A DNA stretch of 64,000 nucleotides from Octopus sinensis (GCF_006345805.1 NC_043000.1:99634001-99698000), one strand, 5' to 3'. Counted from the first letter of the stretch, positions 37,004 through 50,937 are shown. Program-made: numbers and translations. Notes: a model not told the origin generated them from the letters alone.

Positions 37004-37079
37004 TATATCGCCTGAATGTTAGGTCAATATTGAGTTATGATTCTGAAGAAGAGCTTTCTGCTGTCCTGGAAAAATACAT
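37004..37079 (+). CDS. Candidate exon ([25 protein letters not shown] x)
   Basis: Acceptor cacttatttttccag, protein-like open frame, weak donor gtacat. Confidence 0.3.
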
Positions 37080-37177
37080 GTACATATGTATGCATGTGTG
37101 TGTGTATATGTGTGTGTATATATATATATATATATACACACACACATGCCTATGTGTGTTTATATATATATATATAT

Positions 37178-37245
<68 letters not shown>

Positions 37246-37276
37246 TAATATATATACTAATATATATATACATATT

Positions 37277-37308
<32 letters not shown>

Positions 37309-37314
37309 ATATAC

Positions 37315-37393
<79 letters not shown>

Positions 37394-37538
37394 TATATCT
37401 ATATATATATATATATCTATATATATATATATAATATATATATAATATATATATATACATATATATATATACAATATATATATATATAACATATATATAT
37501 ATATATACATGTATATATATATATACATGTATATATAT

Positions 37539-37576
<38 letters not shown>

Positions 37577-37598
37577 TATATGTATATACATGTATATA

Positions 37599-37653
<55 letters not shown>

Positions 37654-37715
37654 TATAATATATATATATATTATTATGTATACATATATATATATATATA
37701 TATGTATACATATAT

Positions 37716-37759
<44 letters not shown>

Positions 37760-37766
37760 CATATAT

Positions 37767-37815
<49 letters not shown>
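37080..37815. repeat. Imperfect (TA)n megatract
   Basis: Directly visible. Confidence 0.95.
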
Positions 37816-37816
<1 letters not shown>

Positions 37817-38447
37817 AAAATTAGAATTTCCATGGACGACATGTGTTAGTGTTTGTACAGATGTTACTGTTATTTTATCTATAGTAGACCTCATCAACAG
37901 TTTTGCTTCACTGACAAAACTACAAGCACTGAATATGTTTGATCAATAATTTTGATAGGGTGACTCTTATCGGAACTACACTGGAGAAAAACCTGAATTG
38001 TCCTCTAGCATCTCTCGTTCACAATGCTAAACAACCTCAGGTTCAATCTTTCCACATTGTATTCCTCAACCTTATTGCTCATAGTCGGTTCTTTTTTTAC
38101 CTTTCAGTCTAAATCCCTATCATATGACCACAGCTGAACAGTCATCTCCACGTGCATGTGCATCATCGTCTATTGCCTTTAATGTTTTTGATACTAGCTT
38201 GCCTGAAACCATCCTCAGTCCTATGATAGAAGCTCATTGTTTTAAAGTGATCTAAATTATAGTCTTCCATCAAAATTTTATGATAATTTGTGTTCCAGGC
38301 ACCAGCTTAACAATGAGTGAGTTATTTTACTAAAATCTTCATTATTTACAAAATTTAATTGAAGCAAAAACTATGTCAACAGAAACATGATAACAAAAGG
38401 GTTAATATGTAGCAACTCTCTCAGCTTATTAATGTTTACCCTTTCAT

Positions 38448-38679
38448 TTAACCCTTTAGCATTTAAACTACCCATATTCAGCCCAAATGTTTTACCTACT
38501 TTCTGTTCAAACTGGCCAGATCTGGCATCTCACACCTATCTTACAATGTCATTCTAAAAATATACACTTACATCATTGAAATCTCAAAGCTAGAAGATAA
38601 TGTATGATTAATTCAAAATGATGTGAACAAATATTACATTTGAGAAAGTAATAGCATAATTTGATTGCTAATGGGTTAA
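38448..38679. mobile_element. piggyBac-type MITE
   Basis: TTAACCCTTTAGCATT ... TGCTAATGGGTTAA. Confidence 0.8.
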
Positions 38680-38911
38680 GTTAATATTGTACATCCTACA
38701 AACCATACTTGACTCATTGTGCAGAGATCTGCTATATAGTTCCACAGTACATCATACCCATGTATTACTGGTATATGTTGCCACACCTTTCTTCTATAAT
38801 AATAGATAAACTACCTGCATCAAGTTGCTATATTACAGCAGGTAGTAATTTTACCTTGTCTTTACTCTTTGTGCAGGTTTTGAAGAGTGCAGTTTGATTT
38901 TAACAGTTTTG

Positions 38912-38992
38912 TCTATCTGGGACTCCTGTAACTTAGTTTGTCTGTCTGGGACTCCTGTAACTCTGTCTGTCTGGGACTCCTGTGACTCAGTC
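38912..38992 (+). repeat. Three-copy ~27-bp tandem repeat TGTCT(A/G)TCTGGGACTCCTGT(A/G)ACT
   Basis: Directly visible. Confidence 0.9.
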
Positions 38993-39729
38993 TACATTTG
39001 ATCTACATCGACATATACCATTTTGAAATCTGGATGATCCCAAGATTGAATATCTGCCCTTGGTTCTAGAACATCCAGCATTGGGATCTGATTTAAAAGC
39101 ATTTGGGTTGCTATTTCTAGTAGGTAAAGCTTGGCTGATTCATGCCATTTTGGTTGACGTTTGTCAGATGACATCAGAAATCAAAGGGGGGAGATAAATG
39201 ACATTTGCTTCATTAATTTTACATCAAGCTAAGGACTTTGGGATAAATTGGCCAACAGTTGGATTTCAGTTTGGGACTGAAACAATAGAATGATTGCATT
39301 ACAGAATTAATTCTCATCAGTCCTTAACATCCAATCAAGCACCACTGGTGAATATAGTCATTATAGACATATTATAGTCATGCTAATTAGCTCTCTATAG
39401 TTTTGGGCCACAGGCCCAATTAGCCCTCTGCAGGAGCCATCCTGAAAGTCCACACGGGGTGTGGCTTCTAAGCTAGTTCTACATAAATTTTAACAGCTGT
39501 GTTTTTATAGAAATATAGTAGGGGTGGTGGTGGAAAGAAACCTTTGGTGTTGCTGATAATTGCATATTTGATGGTTAAATACCTTTTTAGTGTGTTACAC
39601 ATCATCGCATTGTTCAGAAGCTTTTCATCACAGATAACAGATTGTACTAGTGTTGAAATCTAAATAACTAGTTATTGCCACTGGACACTGTGGTGAGAAA
39701 TCTATTTGGCAGGCAAATGTGACAGTATC

Positions 39730-40100
39730 TTTTACTTGTTTCAGTCATTCTACTGTGGCCATGCTGGGGCACCGCTTTGAAGAATTTTTAGTCAAATAAA
39801 TTGATCCCCCAGTACATTTTTTAAAGGCAGGTAGTTATTCTCTTTTACCAAACTGCTAAGTTATGAGGACATAAACACACCAATACTGGTTGTCAAGTGG
39901 TGGTGAGTGACAACCATGGACACAAAGACACATGCAGACGATCACACACACACATGATGGGCTTCTTTCAGTTTCCGTCTACCAAATCCACTCACAAGGC
40001 TTTGGTCGGCCCGAGGCTATAGTAGAAGACACTTGCCCCAGGTGCCACACAGTGGGACTGAACCCAGAACCATATGGTTGGGAAGCAAACTTCTCATCAC
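39730..40100 (-). mobile_element. Family A SINE, near full length
   Basis: Reverse complement aligns with 8959-9375. Confidence 0.85.
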
Positions 40101-40422
40101 ATACCCACCAGCTGGATTTTGGTAAAGTGTGGTAATATTTATATTAGATATGGGCAACCCTTTTTTTTGTTGAGAAGAGAGCCACACAAGACATGGCTTA
40201 ATCATCAGGTGGGAGAGGGGGGTCACACCACCAAAAAATTTTAAGGTAATTTTTCATTGGGCATGCCATTCAGAAAGTCCTATGAGCTGCAATTTTCCCA
40301 TGGCTCATCTAGATAGTCACTACTTCAATTGTTATTATAATTGGATTGTGATAGAATTGTTTTAGCCATTAAAAACATACATACCACTGTTGTGTTTTCT
40401 GTTACTTTATTGTTATAGTTAT

Positions 40423-40819
40423 ATACGAGCAAAACGTACCCCCGTCCAATGGACGGTGCTGAGTTGTCAAACATTTGAACCAAATTTTCTCAAAACAACT
40501 TGTCCGACCGTCCCATAGGCCTCCCCTTTGAGAAACACTGATTTAACCTAAATTTGAGACACCAGCAAAAGAAGAAATAAAGAGACTTTTTTCTATTCCA
40601 AAGAAAAACGATTTTATTGCTTGTACAAATGCATGTTCCCACGGCTTTATCGGTCGCATTCTCACCTGGAATCGATTTTTGTAATTTTTTCAAGACTTAA
40701 ATATGCCTTGATACCGTCGGTATCTATATATCAAATTTGAGCGCAATCGGATGCAGGATGCCCGAGATCCTAGAAGACACACACACACAGACAGACAGAA
40801 CAGATTTTATATAATAGAT
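40423..40819 (+). mobile_element. Helitron/Helentron-like family G, copy 2
   Basis: Homologous to 1637-2032; perfect 5' hairpin CCGTCC-AAT-GGACGG. Confidence 0.6.
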
Positions 40820-41142
40820 TATCAGGTTTCATTGGTGACTTGGTTGGTATCTCTGAAGTAGCGTACCAGTGATCAGTTTGTGATGTATGGCAAAAATCTT
40901 TAATTGCTAAAAGTGTATATAATACTATTATTACAAAATAGTAATAAATTCAAAGTGTTTATAACAATGGGTATGTGATTTAATGGCTACACTGGGTCTA
41001 CTCTGATACAAACTGTTTTTGTTTAGAAGCTTGCATTCCGACTATGTGGTGTCACTTTCAGTGTCACTGTGTGGCACCTTGGGCTAGTTTTATCTATTAT
41101 AACCTTTCAACGGATTTGCTAGACAGAAACTGAAAGAAGCCT

Positions 41143-41207
<65 letters not shown>

Positions 41208-41529
41208 TGCGCGCGTGCATACATGTGTGCTCATTTACAATGTGATGGTTATAAATTAGCTTCACCATCATGCAAGAGATGTTTCTTTCTTATCTTCTAT
41301 GGGAAACATCTCTGGCCATGGGGAAATATTAGCTTGCTTGGAAACAGGTGTGAGTTGATGACAGGAAGAGCATCCCACTGTAGATCTACATTAAATTCCA
41401 TCCGACTCATGCAACCATAGAAAAGTGAATGTTAGATGATGATGATGATGATGATGAACCATATCCATCTTTATAAAGATGACTTATATAACCAACTAAA
41501 GCAGAAATGTAACCAATATTTTAAACAGT

Positions 41530-41745
41530 TGGTGAGCTGGAAGAATCGTTAGCACACTGGGCAAAATGCTTAGCAGCATTTCTTCCATCTTCACGTTCTG
41601 AGTTCAAATTTCACCAAGGTCAACTTTGCTCTTCATCCCTTTTGAGGGTTCATAAAATAAGTACCAGTTGAATACTGGGGTCAATGTAATTGACTTACGC
41701 CATCCACTGAACTTGCTGGCCTTGTGCCAGAATTTGAAACCAATA
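41530..41745 (+). mobile_element. Family B SINE
   Basis: GGTGAGCTGG.AGAATCGTTAGCAC..GAGTTCAAATT..TAAGTACCAG. Confidence 0.8.
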
Positions 41746-42220
41746 TTTTAAACTATTGGTACTTATCTTCTGATGGATTTAAATACATTTTACTTGAAAT
41801 ACCACAAATGTATTGAGACCTATCTGCATTAGTTGACCTGCTAAGAATAACAGTGTATTACTTTGACCACTACAGCTGATTTTACTTAAGAGTGATGTAT
41901 CCATATTTCTGGTTAGTAGAATGAAACCGTGGTATGGGAAAAATACAGGTAGTATACACATATATACACATGTGCATGCATTCACAATCACATGCATGTG
42001 CATATTTGTGACTCACTCTCCCTCTCTTTTTCACCCCCCCTCTCTCTCTCTCTATATATATATATACACACACATATATAAAAATATTATGGAGATGTAC
42101 TTGCATAGCAAGTGATCTGAGATGATGTACTGGAACAAAAACAATTGCAGCGTGGAAGGTGTTTATAAGCCATTTAAGAAACACACAAAGACTGTTAGAT
42201 TCACTTCAACATTTAAATTT

Positions 42221-42277
42221 AATTTGTCAAAATATTTTCGTCGCTTTAAGACCACAACCTGTTCACTGACAAAATTC
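42221..42277 (-). ncRNA. Hammerhead-like motif, G3-C8 core variant
   Basis: Minus: AATTTTGTCA GTGAACA G GTTGT-GGTCTTAAA-GCGAC GAA AATATT T TGACAAATT. Confidence 0.6.
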
Positions 42278-42289
42278 AGTGCAGCACGG

Positions 42290-42345
42290 AATTTTGTCGG
42301 TGAATAGGTCATGGTCTCAAAGCAAGGAAAATATTTTGACAAATT
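42290..42345 (+). ncRNA. Second, more decayed copy of the same hammerhead-like motif
   Basis: AATTTTGTCG GTGAATA G GTCAT-GGTCTCAAA-GCAAG GAA AATATT T TGACAAATT. Confidence 0.45.
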
Positions 42346-42699
42346 GAAATTAAATGTTGAAGTGAATCTAACGCCTTTGTGTATTTCTTAAATGGCTTAT
42401 AAACACCTCCCAAGCTGCAATTGTTTACCTATATGTATATGTATAATTGAAAAAATTGGAGTCAACAAGAAGGGTGTGATTGGACATTTATTTTTTAATC
42501 CTTACAATTATTTCTACATGATGTAGTTCTCCAGGAGTGCAGGTACTTGATTATGCAATTGTTTCCCTGCATTATGAGATCTAGTTGTGTTTCTTCAGTC
42601 AATATGTAAATATTGTCTCCGTAAGTTTGAAATCTTTGCCTTCAAGAACATCCCTACTATATGTTGTGGCCTGAATTGGGTAGTAGTCACTGAGTTCAG

Positions 42700-42753
<54 letters not shown>

Positions 42754-42770
42754 ATATACAAATACATACA

Positions 42771-43344
42771 CAGACACGCAGGAAGAAGTAAGTAGACACC
42801 TTTAATTTTCAAAATCTTTTAGTTGATAATTAACTGGTTGAAGGAGAGGTTTTCTTCTAGCTGCTTGTCCATAATACCCAAGCTTAAGCTGATATGTAAC
42901 ACACGCTCTTGGACTAACTTCTAGCTGTTTTGCAATATCAGAAGCCTTCAAACGGGGTTCGTTTACCACAATTCTCTTCAAACAGCAAAGCTTCCTTTCT
43001 GAGGGCCCAGGTCGGCTGGGATGAGAATCTGTTGAATTTTTTCCTTGGCTTTTGAATTGCTCTATAATTCTATTAACAGAAGCAAAAAGAATTTGAAGAT
43101 TTTCGGCAATTTTTCACTGGCTAAGACCAGTCTCATATTGCCCAACAATATGGCCTCTTTGAAAATCTGACAGTTCTGCTGAAGTTTTTGTGCATGGCAT
43201 GGTTACTCTTTGCAAGTGTTTAATATAATGGCACTTGGAATGAAAAAGAATAAGTACATTGTAAATTCTATACTGCTGAAAACATATTAAGATGCTTAGT
43301 TCAGAAATTTTGCAAATTAAAGGTGTCTATTTCCTGCATGTCTG
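42771..43344 (-). mobile_element. Internally deleted Tc1-like transposon
   Basis: TIRs CAGACA(C/T)GCAGGAA..TAGACACCTTTAATTT at both ends; minus translation AELSDFQRGHIVG..LSQ.KIAENL..RPGPSER..LKRIV..AARRKPLL. Confidence 0.85.
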
Positions 43345-43739
43345 TACACACACACATACATACATCTATATGCACAGGCACACATACATTCTGTCTAATG
43401 GTTAGCCAAGAATGCTGACTAACTATCAGATAAAAATTTTGAGCCTATTACTCAAATATCACCAGCATGTGGAAATTGATATTCCTTTATATTGGTTTGT
43501 AGTATTGCATTTTGGTGTAAAGAATAGAATAAAAGGTGTTATTTATGATGTGTTAATGTTTATTGTTCAGTGAGTAACTTACTTTGGGTTAGTTAAAAGT
43601 GGATGAGGAACTCATCATATATGGGTAAAGTTTTAGGAATTTTAGATAAATTGTTATATGCTAATGGATATGGAAAGTTAATGAGTTAAAAATATGTTAT
43701 TGTGAGTTACCAGCAGAGATTAATCATATAAAATCAATG

Positions 43740-44078
43740 ACTTTACAATAGAGAACAGGAATGTCTCATTCCTCCCGGTACTGTCTAATCTGGTGGGTAT
43801 ATAATCTCAAAGTATTTCAGTAGATAATTGTCAAAGTGCTAATATTTGGTGAAGACCTCTGATCTGATGTTTAGATTGTCTATGGACGTACAAAGGATGT
43901 TAGGAGTATGAGGTTCTTTTCAGTTATGCATAACCCGAAACTTATATTATTTTTGTGTTGCTTGCACCTCTTGAGGATCTTCAATTTGTTGAATGTAGTA
44001 TTATGTTCTTTTAAGTTCCAGATGTAATTGGATTTGTTGCATTCTTCTTTCCTATATTTCTGAACGAATAAATATGGT
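43740..44078 (-). mobile_element. Penelope-like element GIY-YIG endonuclease C-terminal fragment
   Basis: Frameshifted HIYSFRN..SNYIWNLKEHNTTFNKLKILKRCKQHKNNISFGLCITEKNLIL..LNIRSEVF matches the PLE pattern H..SF..LS.YIW.LK..C.LC..EK..LN.RSE. Confidence 0.7.
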
Positions 44079-44079
44079 T

Positions 44080-45107
44080 GAAATATCATTGCTTAAATTT
44101 ACCAAAGTTCAGAGTGCTCCTACCTCTGCTGGTGACAAAGGGCCCCTCACTCAGAGTAAAAGGTAGACTGTATGACACATATGTGTCAACAGCCATGCTA
44201 CATGGCAGTGAAACATGGGTTGTGACTGCTGAGGACATGTGTAAGCTTGCAAGTAATGAACCTAGTAAGCTCTGCTGGATGTGTAATATCAGTATGCATA
44301 CATGGCAGAGTGTAAGCTCCCTGAGAGAAAAGTTGAACATAAGAAGCATCATATGTGGTGTGCAAGAGAGACGTCTGCACTGGTATGGTCATGTGTTACC
44401 TATAGATGAGAGCAGCTGTGTGTAAAAGTAGCAGTAGAGGGAACTTGTGGAAGAGGTAGACCCAGGAAGACCTGGGATGAGGTGGTGAAACACGACCTTT
44501 GAACACTGGGCCTCACAGAGGCAATGACAAGTAATCAAGGCCTTTGGAGATATACTGTGCATGAGAAGACCTGGCAAGCCAAGTGAGACCATAACCATGG
44601 CCTATGCCAGTGCAGCATAACCAGCCCATTTAAGAGTACCCTTTAATCATATGGCAATAAACTGTGCTTGCAAAGACCTGTTAAGGCAAGTGAAGTTATT
44701 GTCATGGCCGATGACATTACAGCCTGATTGGCATGTAAAAAGCACCATTCAAGCGTGGTCGATGCCAGTGCTGCCTGACTGGTTCCATGCCGGTAGCATG
44801 TAAAAAGCACCATTTGAGTGTGGTCATTGCCAGTTGCACCTGACTGGTTCCCATGCCAGTGACATGTAAAAAGCACCATTCAAGTGTGGTCAGTGACTGA
44901 CTGACTGGCCCTCATGCTGGTGGGACGTAAAAAGCACCCACTACAATCTTGGAGTGGTTAGCATTAAGAAGGGCATCCAGCTGTAGAAACTTTGCCATAT
45001 TGGATTGTAGCCTGGTGCAGCCTTCTGGCTTGCCAGCCTTCAGTCAAACCGTCCAACCCATGCCAGCATGGAAAGCGGACATTAGACGCCGAGAATCATG
45101 ATGATGG
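44080..45107 (+). mobile_element. 5'-truncated RTE LINE (ORF2 C-terminus plus complete 3' UTR)
   Basis: LRVKGRLYDTYV..HGSETW..REKLNIRSI..QERRLHWYGHV..GRGRPRKTWDEVV; UTR with ~62-bp tandem units and (GAT)n-like tail. Confidence 0.92.
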
Positions 45108-45559
45108 TGGGTGTATAGTAGTGGTAGTGCATTTTTCATTAGTTTTGCTGTGTGTTTTATGAACCTACTTTGATACAAATTGTTTATGTCCCAACTTAAC
45201 TCTGTAGAATTGAATCACTTATGAAAAGAGTGTAATTAAAGAATCTGATTGTGGTAAATTTTCTTCAAAAATAAACCTATCCATAAAGATAATGTCTTGA
45301 ACTAAGCACAGAAATGTAATTGAATTAAGGATATTATTTAGAAAATTTACAATACACTTACGTTTGGGGTGATAGTTAGTTTTAAGCTGAAATTATTTGA
45401 AATATTAATCTGCTGTTTTCTAAGTATTAAATACTTTCAGTGATTAGTAACCTTGAAATAAAAGTTAGATAGACTAAGAGACCAGAAGGAAGTCTAGATA
45501 AAGAAGGTATGGAAGCTGAAAGATCTAGGCACAGTTTCAAAGAAACTGCAGTTATCACA

Positions 45560-46480
45560 TGATAAAGTGGAGGAGGAGATAGAAATTTATAGTATAGAGG
45601 GCAACATGGAGTTACTATGAAACAATCTGCTTTAAGCTACAGGTCAGATCTGTAGGTGGAGAATGGTTCTAGCCAGACAGAAAATGACATGATGAAGGAA
45701 TTATATAGTTGATAAAGTTTTAAAAGCTAAAAGACAGGCTGAATAAATTGGAAGAAAGGTGAGTGTGTGTGTTGGTGGAATGATAGTAGGTATCTTGAAG
45801 ATATCAGATATGCACGGCAATGAGAGAAACTGGTAATGAGAGGTTTGGTAATGTTCTGTAATGAGAGGATCAGACGTGTGTGGTGTTTTGGATTGTACAA
45901 CAGTATGCCAGTGCAAATCATAATGTTGCTGGGGAAAGTGAGTATGTAATGTTAGCAGCTTACTTGCCCTCCCTGATGCTGAGAAGCAGGAGACACAAAA
46001 GTATCACTATGAGAGGTTGATGAATGAAGAGAATACTCAGGGAAGACTGGCTCTATCTAAAGTAGACAGTAGAAGGACCAGCCATTGAACTTCACAGCTG
46101 CATGGTCAAAAAAGCAATTAAGACTGTGAAGACTGAGAATGCAGTCAGACTATCAGAGATAGATAATCCCTGAGAAAATATCCGACAAAGTAGGCCGCAT
46201 GCTAGTCAGTCAAATAGTCTGTCAGGTGTTGCAGGGAATCATAACAGCGCCTGGCATTGTAGTATCGTCATCAGTTGCTATAAAGCAAAAGAAATAATCC
46301 AAGCAGAAATAACTTCAGAGACATCAAACAGATGGACCAAGTTATGAAAGTAGCAGAAATAATTATAGTACAACTAATTAGAAAGAGAATTAATTTAGAT
46401 GAGATAAGATAAGATGCAGTTCAGTTTGTTGTAGGATGGCATAGCACCATTGCTTTTTCCTTCTTCAACAACGAGAGAAA
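45560..46480 (+). mobile_element. Old RTE LINE ORF2 fragment (pre-RT region and RT start)
   Basis: NNFRDIKQMDQVMKVAE..QLIRKRINLDE..MQF corresponds to NYRGIKL.DQVMKV.ER..IRE.V.LDEMQFG. Confidence 0.75.
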
Positions 46481-46902
46481 GGGTGATTTAAGTTGAGTAA
46501 CACTAGCAGTGACTTTCATGTGCTCATGTATATGTTCAACAAACAGTCTCAGTGCTCTCTCTCTGTCTCTCTCTCACACACATCATCATCAATAATACAG
46601 ACAAATACTGTCACTCAAGGGGGCCATGAGCCTGCATCTCTACATAGTCATTGAAGCTATTTGAAACAACAGCCAAGTCTCCCTAAAATGATACCTACTA
46701 TTTTAAGCAATGAAGGATAAATTAGATGGAGTAGTGTTAGGTCTCTTTAAAAAGACAGAACAGTCATCTAGAATATTTTTGATCATAGGTTTGCTTCATC
46801 AGAGTTGACCTGAGAGTTAATCAACAACCGTGACAACTTTCACAATAGCCACTCAGATAAAAGACAGCACCCCCCTCTTTTTCTCTCTCTCTCTCTCTCT
46901 CT

Positions 46903-46937
<35 letters not shown>

Positions 46938-47439
46938 TATACATGTATATCATGTGATCACATGATCGACTAGACTATCAGAAGTTGTTATATATCACTG
47001 TTCACAATGCATTTTGCATCATTTTAACTTTCAAATAATACCACTTCACTGGCTAGGCAAGCAGGCCAATTATTTTCCCGATTGGAAGGCTAGCCCATCA
47101 CAGAGTTGCCCATTTACAGCTGAATGGATCATAGCAGGGTGACATCAAATTAGCATATAAGTGGCTGAATATTCCACAGACGTGTGTATTCTTAAATTAA
47201 TTCTCAGATAGATTCATCATGACACAATTTGTGGTAAGGCTGTACCATACCCTTAATTACAAGTACAATTCTATATAGACCCTGCATAGTTTCACATGCA
47301 AGGCTCTGGTCAACTTGAGGCAGTTGTAAACACATTTGCCCAATATTCCAATTGTAAGATCAAATCCTGGATTGAACTTCTTAACCATTTGTCCACGCTA
47401 GATCCATCTCACATGCACATATACGTACCTTTTTTTTAT

Positions 47440-47820
47440 TAACTTGTTGTAGTCATTGGACTGCAGTCATGCTGAGACACTGCTTTGAAGGTTTTAGTTG
47501 AGAAAATTGGACTCAGTACTTACTACTTTTTCAGCCTGGAACTTATTCTATAGGTGTCTGTCATCAAAACACTGAGTTACAGGGGATATAAACAAACCAA
47601 CTCTGCTAAACAAGGAATGGGTGTGTATGTGATACATACAAGCCCAAAGATCTACACACACACATATGTCTGTATATATACATATATACATGATGAGCTT
47701 ACAGTTTCTGTCAAAATACAATCACCAGGCATTGGTTAGTCTGGAGCTGCACAATGGGATTGAACCCAAAACCACGTGGTTTGCAAAATGAGCTTCTTAA
47801 TGACACAACCATCCCTGCAT
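47440..47820 (-). mobile_element. Family A SINE, degenerate
   Basis: Reverse complement of the tail and head motifs. Confidence 0.7.
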
Positions 47821-48029
47821 CTATATACTTATCTAATAAACATGGTCTGTCACCCTGCCTATTTTGTAACAGCCTTTTTCCTCACCCCCATAAACAGCAT
47901 GTTCACACACACTCATTCAAAACTCCCGTGCATACATGTATGTATATATGTGTCTGTGGATGTATGTATATGTGTGTATATATATATATATTTGTACATA
48001 CATGCATTCATGTATCTATCTATCTATCA

Positions 48030-48283
48030 ATCTATCTATGTATATATATATATATATACACATATATGTATGTATATATACACATGTATATATATATATA
48101 TGTAAATACATCTATATACATATATGTAAATACATCTATATACATATATATCCACATATGTATATACATATATATATCCATATATGTATATACATATATA
48201 TATCCATATATGTATATACATATATATATCCATATATGTATATACATATATATACATATATGAATATGATATATAATCATATA

Positions 48284-48318
<35 letters not shown>

Positions 48319-48328
48319 ATGCATATAT

Positions 48329-48370
<42 letters not shown>

Positions 48371-48402
48371 CACATATATGTATATACATATTATATAATA
48401 TA

Positions 48403-48441
<39 letters not shown>

Positions 48442-48480
48442 TTACAAAGAAATACATATATATAGGTTTGTGTGTGTGTT

Positions 48481-48530
<50 letters not shown>

Positions 48531-48546
48531 CTCTCACACACATACG

Positions 48547-48579
<33 letters not shown>

Positions 48580-48615
48580 CATATGTGTATATATATATAT
48601 ATATACACACATGTG

Positions 48616-48664
<49 letters not shown>

Positions 48665-48678
48665 GTGTATATATATAT
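48030..48678. repeat. (TA)n megatract with a ~26-bp higher-order unit
   Basis: TATACATATATATATCCATATATG-like unit repeated at 48110-48260. Confidence 0.95.
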
Positions 48679-49033
48679 AGGTGCAGGAGTGGTGTGGGAA
48701 AGTAGCTTGCTTACCAACCACATGGTTCCAGTTTCAGCCCACTGCGTGACACCTTGGACAAGTGTTTTCTTCTATAGCCTCGGGCCTACCAAAGCCTTGT
48801 GAGTGGATTTGGTAGGCGGAAACTGAAAGAAGCCCGTCCCCCGCATGTGTGTGCCCGTGTCCACAACATTGCTTGACAACCAATGTTGGTGTGTTTACGT
48901 CCCCGTAACTTAGCAGGTCGGCAAAAGAGTGCGATAGAATAAGCAGTAGGCTTACAAAGAATAAGTTCTGGGATCGACTAAAAAGGCGGTTCTCCAGCAA
49001 GGCCACAGTCAAATGAATGGAACAAGTAAAAGA
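48679..49033 (+). mobile_element. Family A SINE, full length, embedded in (TA)n
   Basis: Aligns with 8959-9375. Confidence 0.9.
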
Positions 49034-49237
49034 GTATATACATATATACATATATATATATTATATATATATATATTATATATATATATATATATACATA
49101 TATATACACAATATATGTATATATACATATATTAGATATATATATATAGTGTATATACGTATGTATGTATGTTTATATATTATATGTATGTATGTTTATA
49201 TGTAGATGTATGTGTGTATGCGTGTGGGTGTGTTGTG

Positions 49238-49268
<31 letters not shown>

Positions 49269-50445
49269 CATATATATACATATGTATATACATATATATA
49301 CATATGTATGTATATATACATATATATACATATGTATGTATATATACATATATGTGTATATATATATACATACACATATATGTATATGTACATACACATA
49401 TATGAATATATATATATATATATATATACATACATATATGTGTGTGTGTATATATATATCTATACATACACACAAAACATGCATATACACAGGTAAAAGT
49501 GTACATCTTATTTTCTCATCATTCTTTCTCTTACATTCTCTCTCCTCCCACTATCTCCTACTTCCTCTTTGGTTTTCTTGCTACCCCTTCCTCTCAACTA
49601 ACCCTCCCCCTTTGTGTCTCCTTTTGCGCTCATTCACACCCTCACACACACACATACACACACACATTCTCATACAGCAAATGCATATACACAATATTAC
49701 ATGCTGATGCAATGACACTTCCCTTCCCCACATTCTCTTCTGTCACATACACCCCCATCTCTCTCTCTGTCTCTTGTCTCTCTCTCTCGCTCTCTCTCTC
49801 GCTGTCTCTTTTTCCCACTTCTTTCCCACACTCTCTTTGTCTTCTCTCAAAAAAGAAACAAAATAAACAACAACAGCAAAAAAAAAAAAAAAAACGCCAG
49901 CAGCTTTTAATGCATTTTATCATGAAGAGCAAGAAAGAGAGAGAGAGTGGGGGGAACGAGAGGGGGAGGGTGAACAGATGTATGTAGAAGGAAGTGGGGA
50001 GAGACAGAGAGAGTCAGAAAGACAGAAGAAGGAGGAAAAGGATGGTGAAGTGGGGATCATATTGCTCCCAAACACCATCACCACTGCCACCACCACCGCC
50101 GCCGCAGACATATACTGCACCCACCTTCCTGCACACACATTTACCCCACACTTACACGTCCCCACCCCACACTTCATGTCACCCTTTCTCGTTACTATTG
50201 GATGGTATAACGGCTTGCACCTACTATTACTGTTCCACGAAACCCAAAGTCAGTACTTTTCTACACTTTGCTTACTCTATTTTGAAATACTCTCAGGGTG
50301 TTAACTGCATGGGTATATGCACATTTGTATATATATATATATGTATATAAGTTTGTATGTATGTATGAGTCTATGTGTCTGAAAAAATTGTATGTCTGAG
50401 TATAGTAAATATACATATATTTGTTATATATATAGATAGTATAAT

Positions 50446-50493
<48 letters not shown>

Positions 50494-50830
50494 TATATCT
50501 GTCTACCTATATCTATCTTACATATATATATGTATAATATATTTATTATATATATATATTATATACATATATATATCTGTCTACCTATATCTATCTTACA
50601 TATATATATGTTATATGTATATATATATATATCTGTCTACCTATATCATCTTATATATATGTCTATATGTATATATATATATGTCTACCTAATCTATCTT
50701 ACATTTATCTATCTATCTATCTATCTATATAATTATATATATCTGTTTACCTATATCTTCTTACATATATATATATGTCTATATGTATAGATATATATCT
50801 CTGTCTACCTATATCTATCTTATATATATG

Positions 50831-50870
<40 letters not shown>

Positions 50871-50937
50871 TAGTATGTATGTATGTATATAGTCCCCCGT
50901 CTCTCTTTAAATACATACATACATATATATATATATC

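Larger units (their letters stand above)
42139..42426. mobile_element. ~290-bp fold-back element with head-to-head hammerhead-like motifs (PLE-derived, inferred)
   Basis: Arms of ~138 bp are near-perfect reverse complements around 42278-42288. Confidence 0.85.

Noticed and set aside
37042-37075. CTGAAGAAGAGCT similar to the 7489 hammerhead start
   Set aside because: No matching stem II/GAAA spacing; lies in an open exon-like frame
38912-38992. CRISPR-like short direct repeats
   Set aside because: Spacers only 0-5 nt, eukaryotic context, no cas genes
38992-39174. Protein-like ORF (minus) and exon-like frame (plus)
   Set aside because: Contains a family H motif, acceptors are weak, and no homology is recognised
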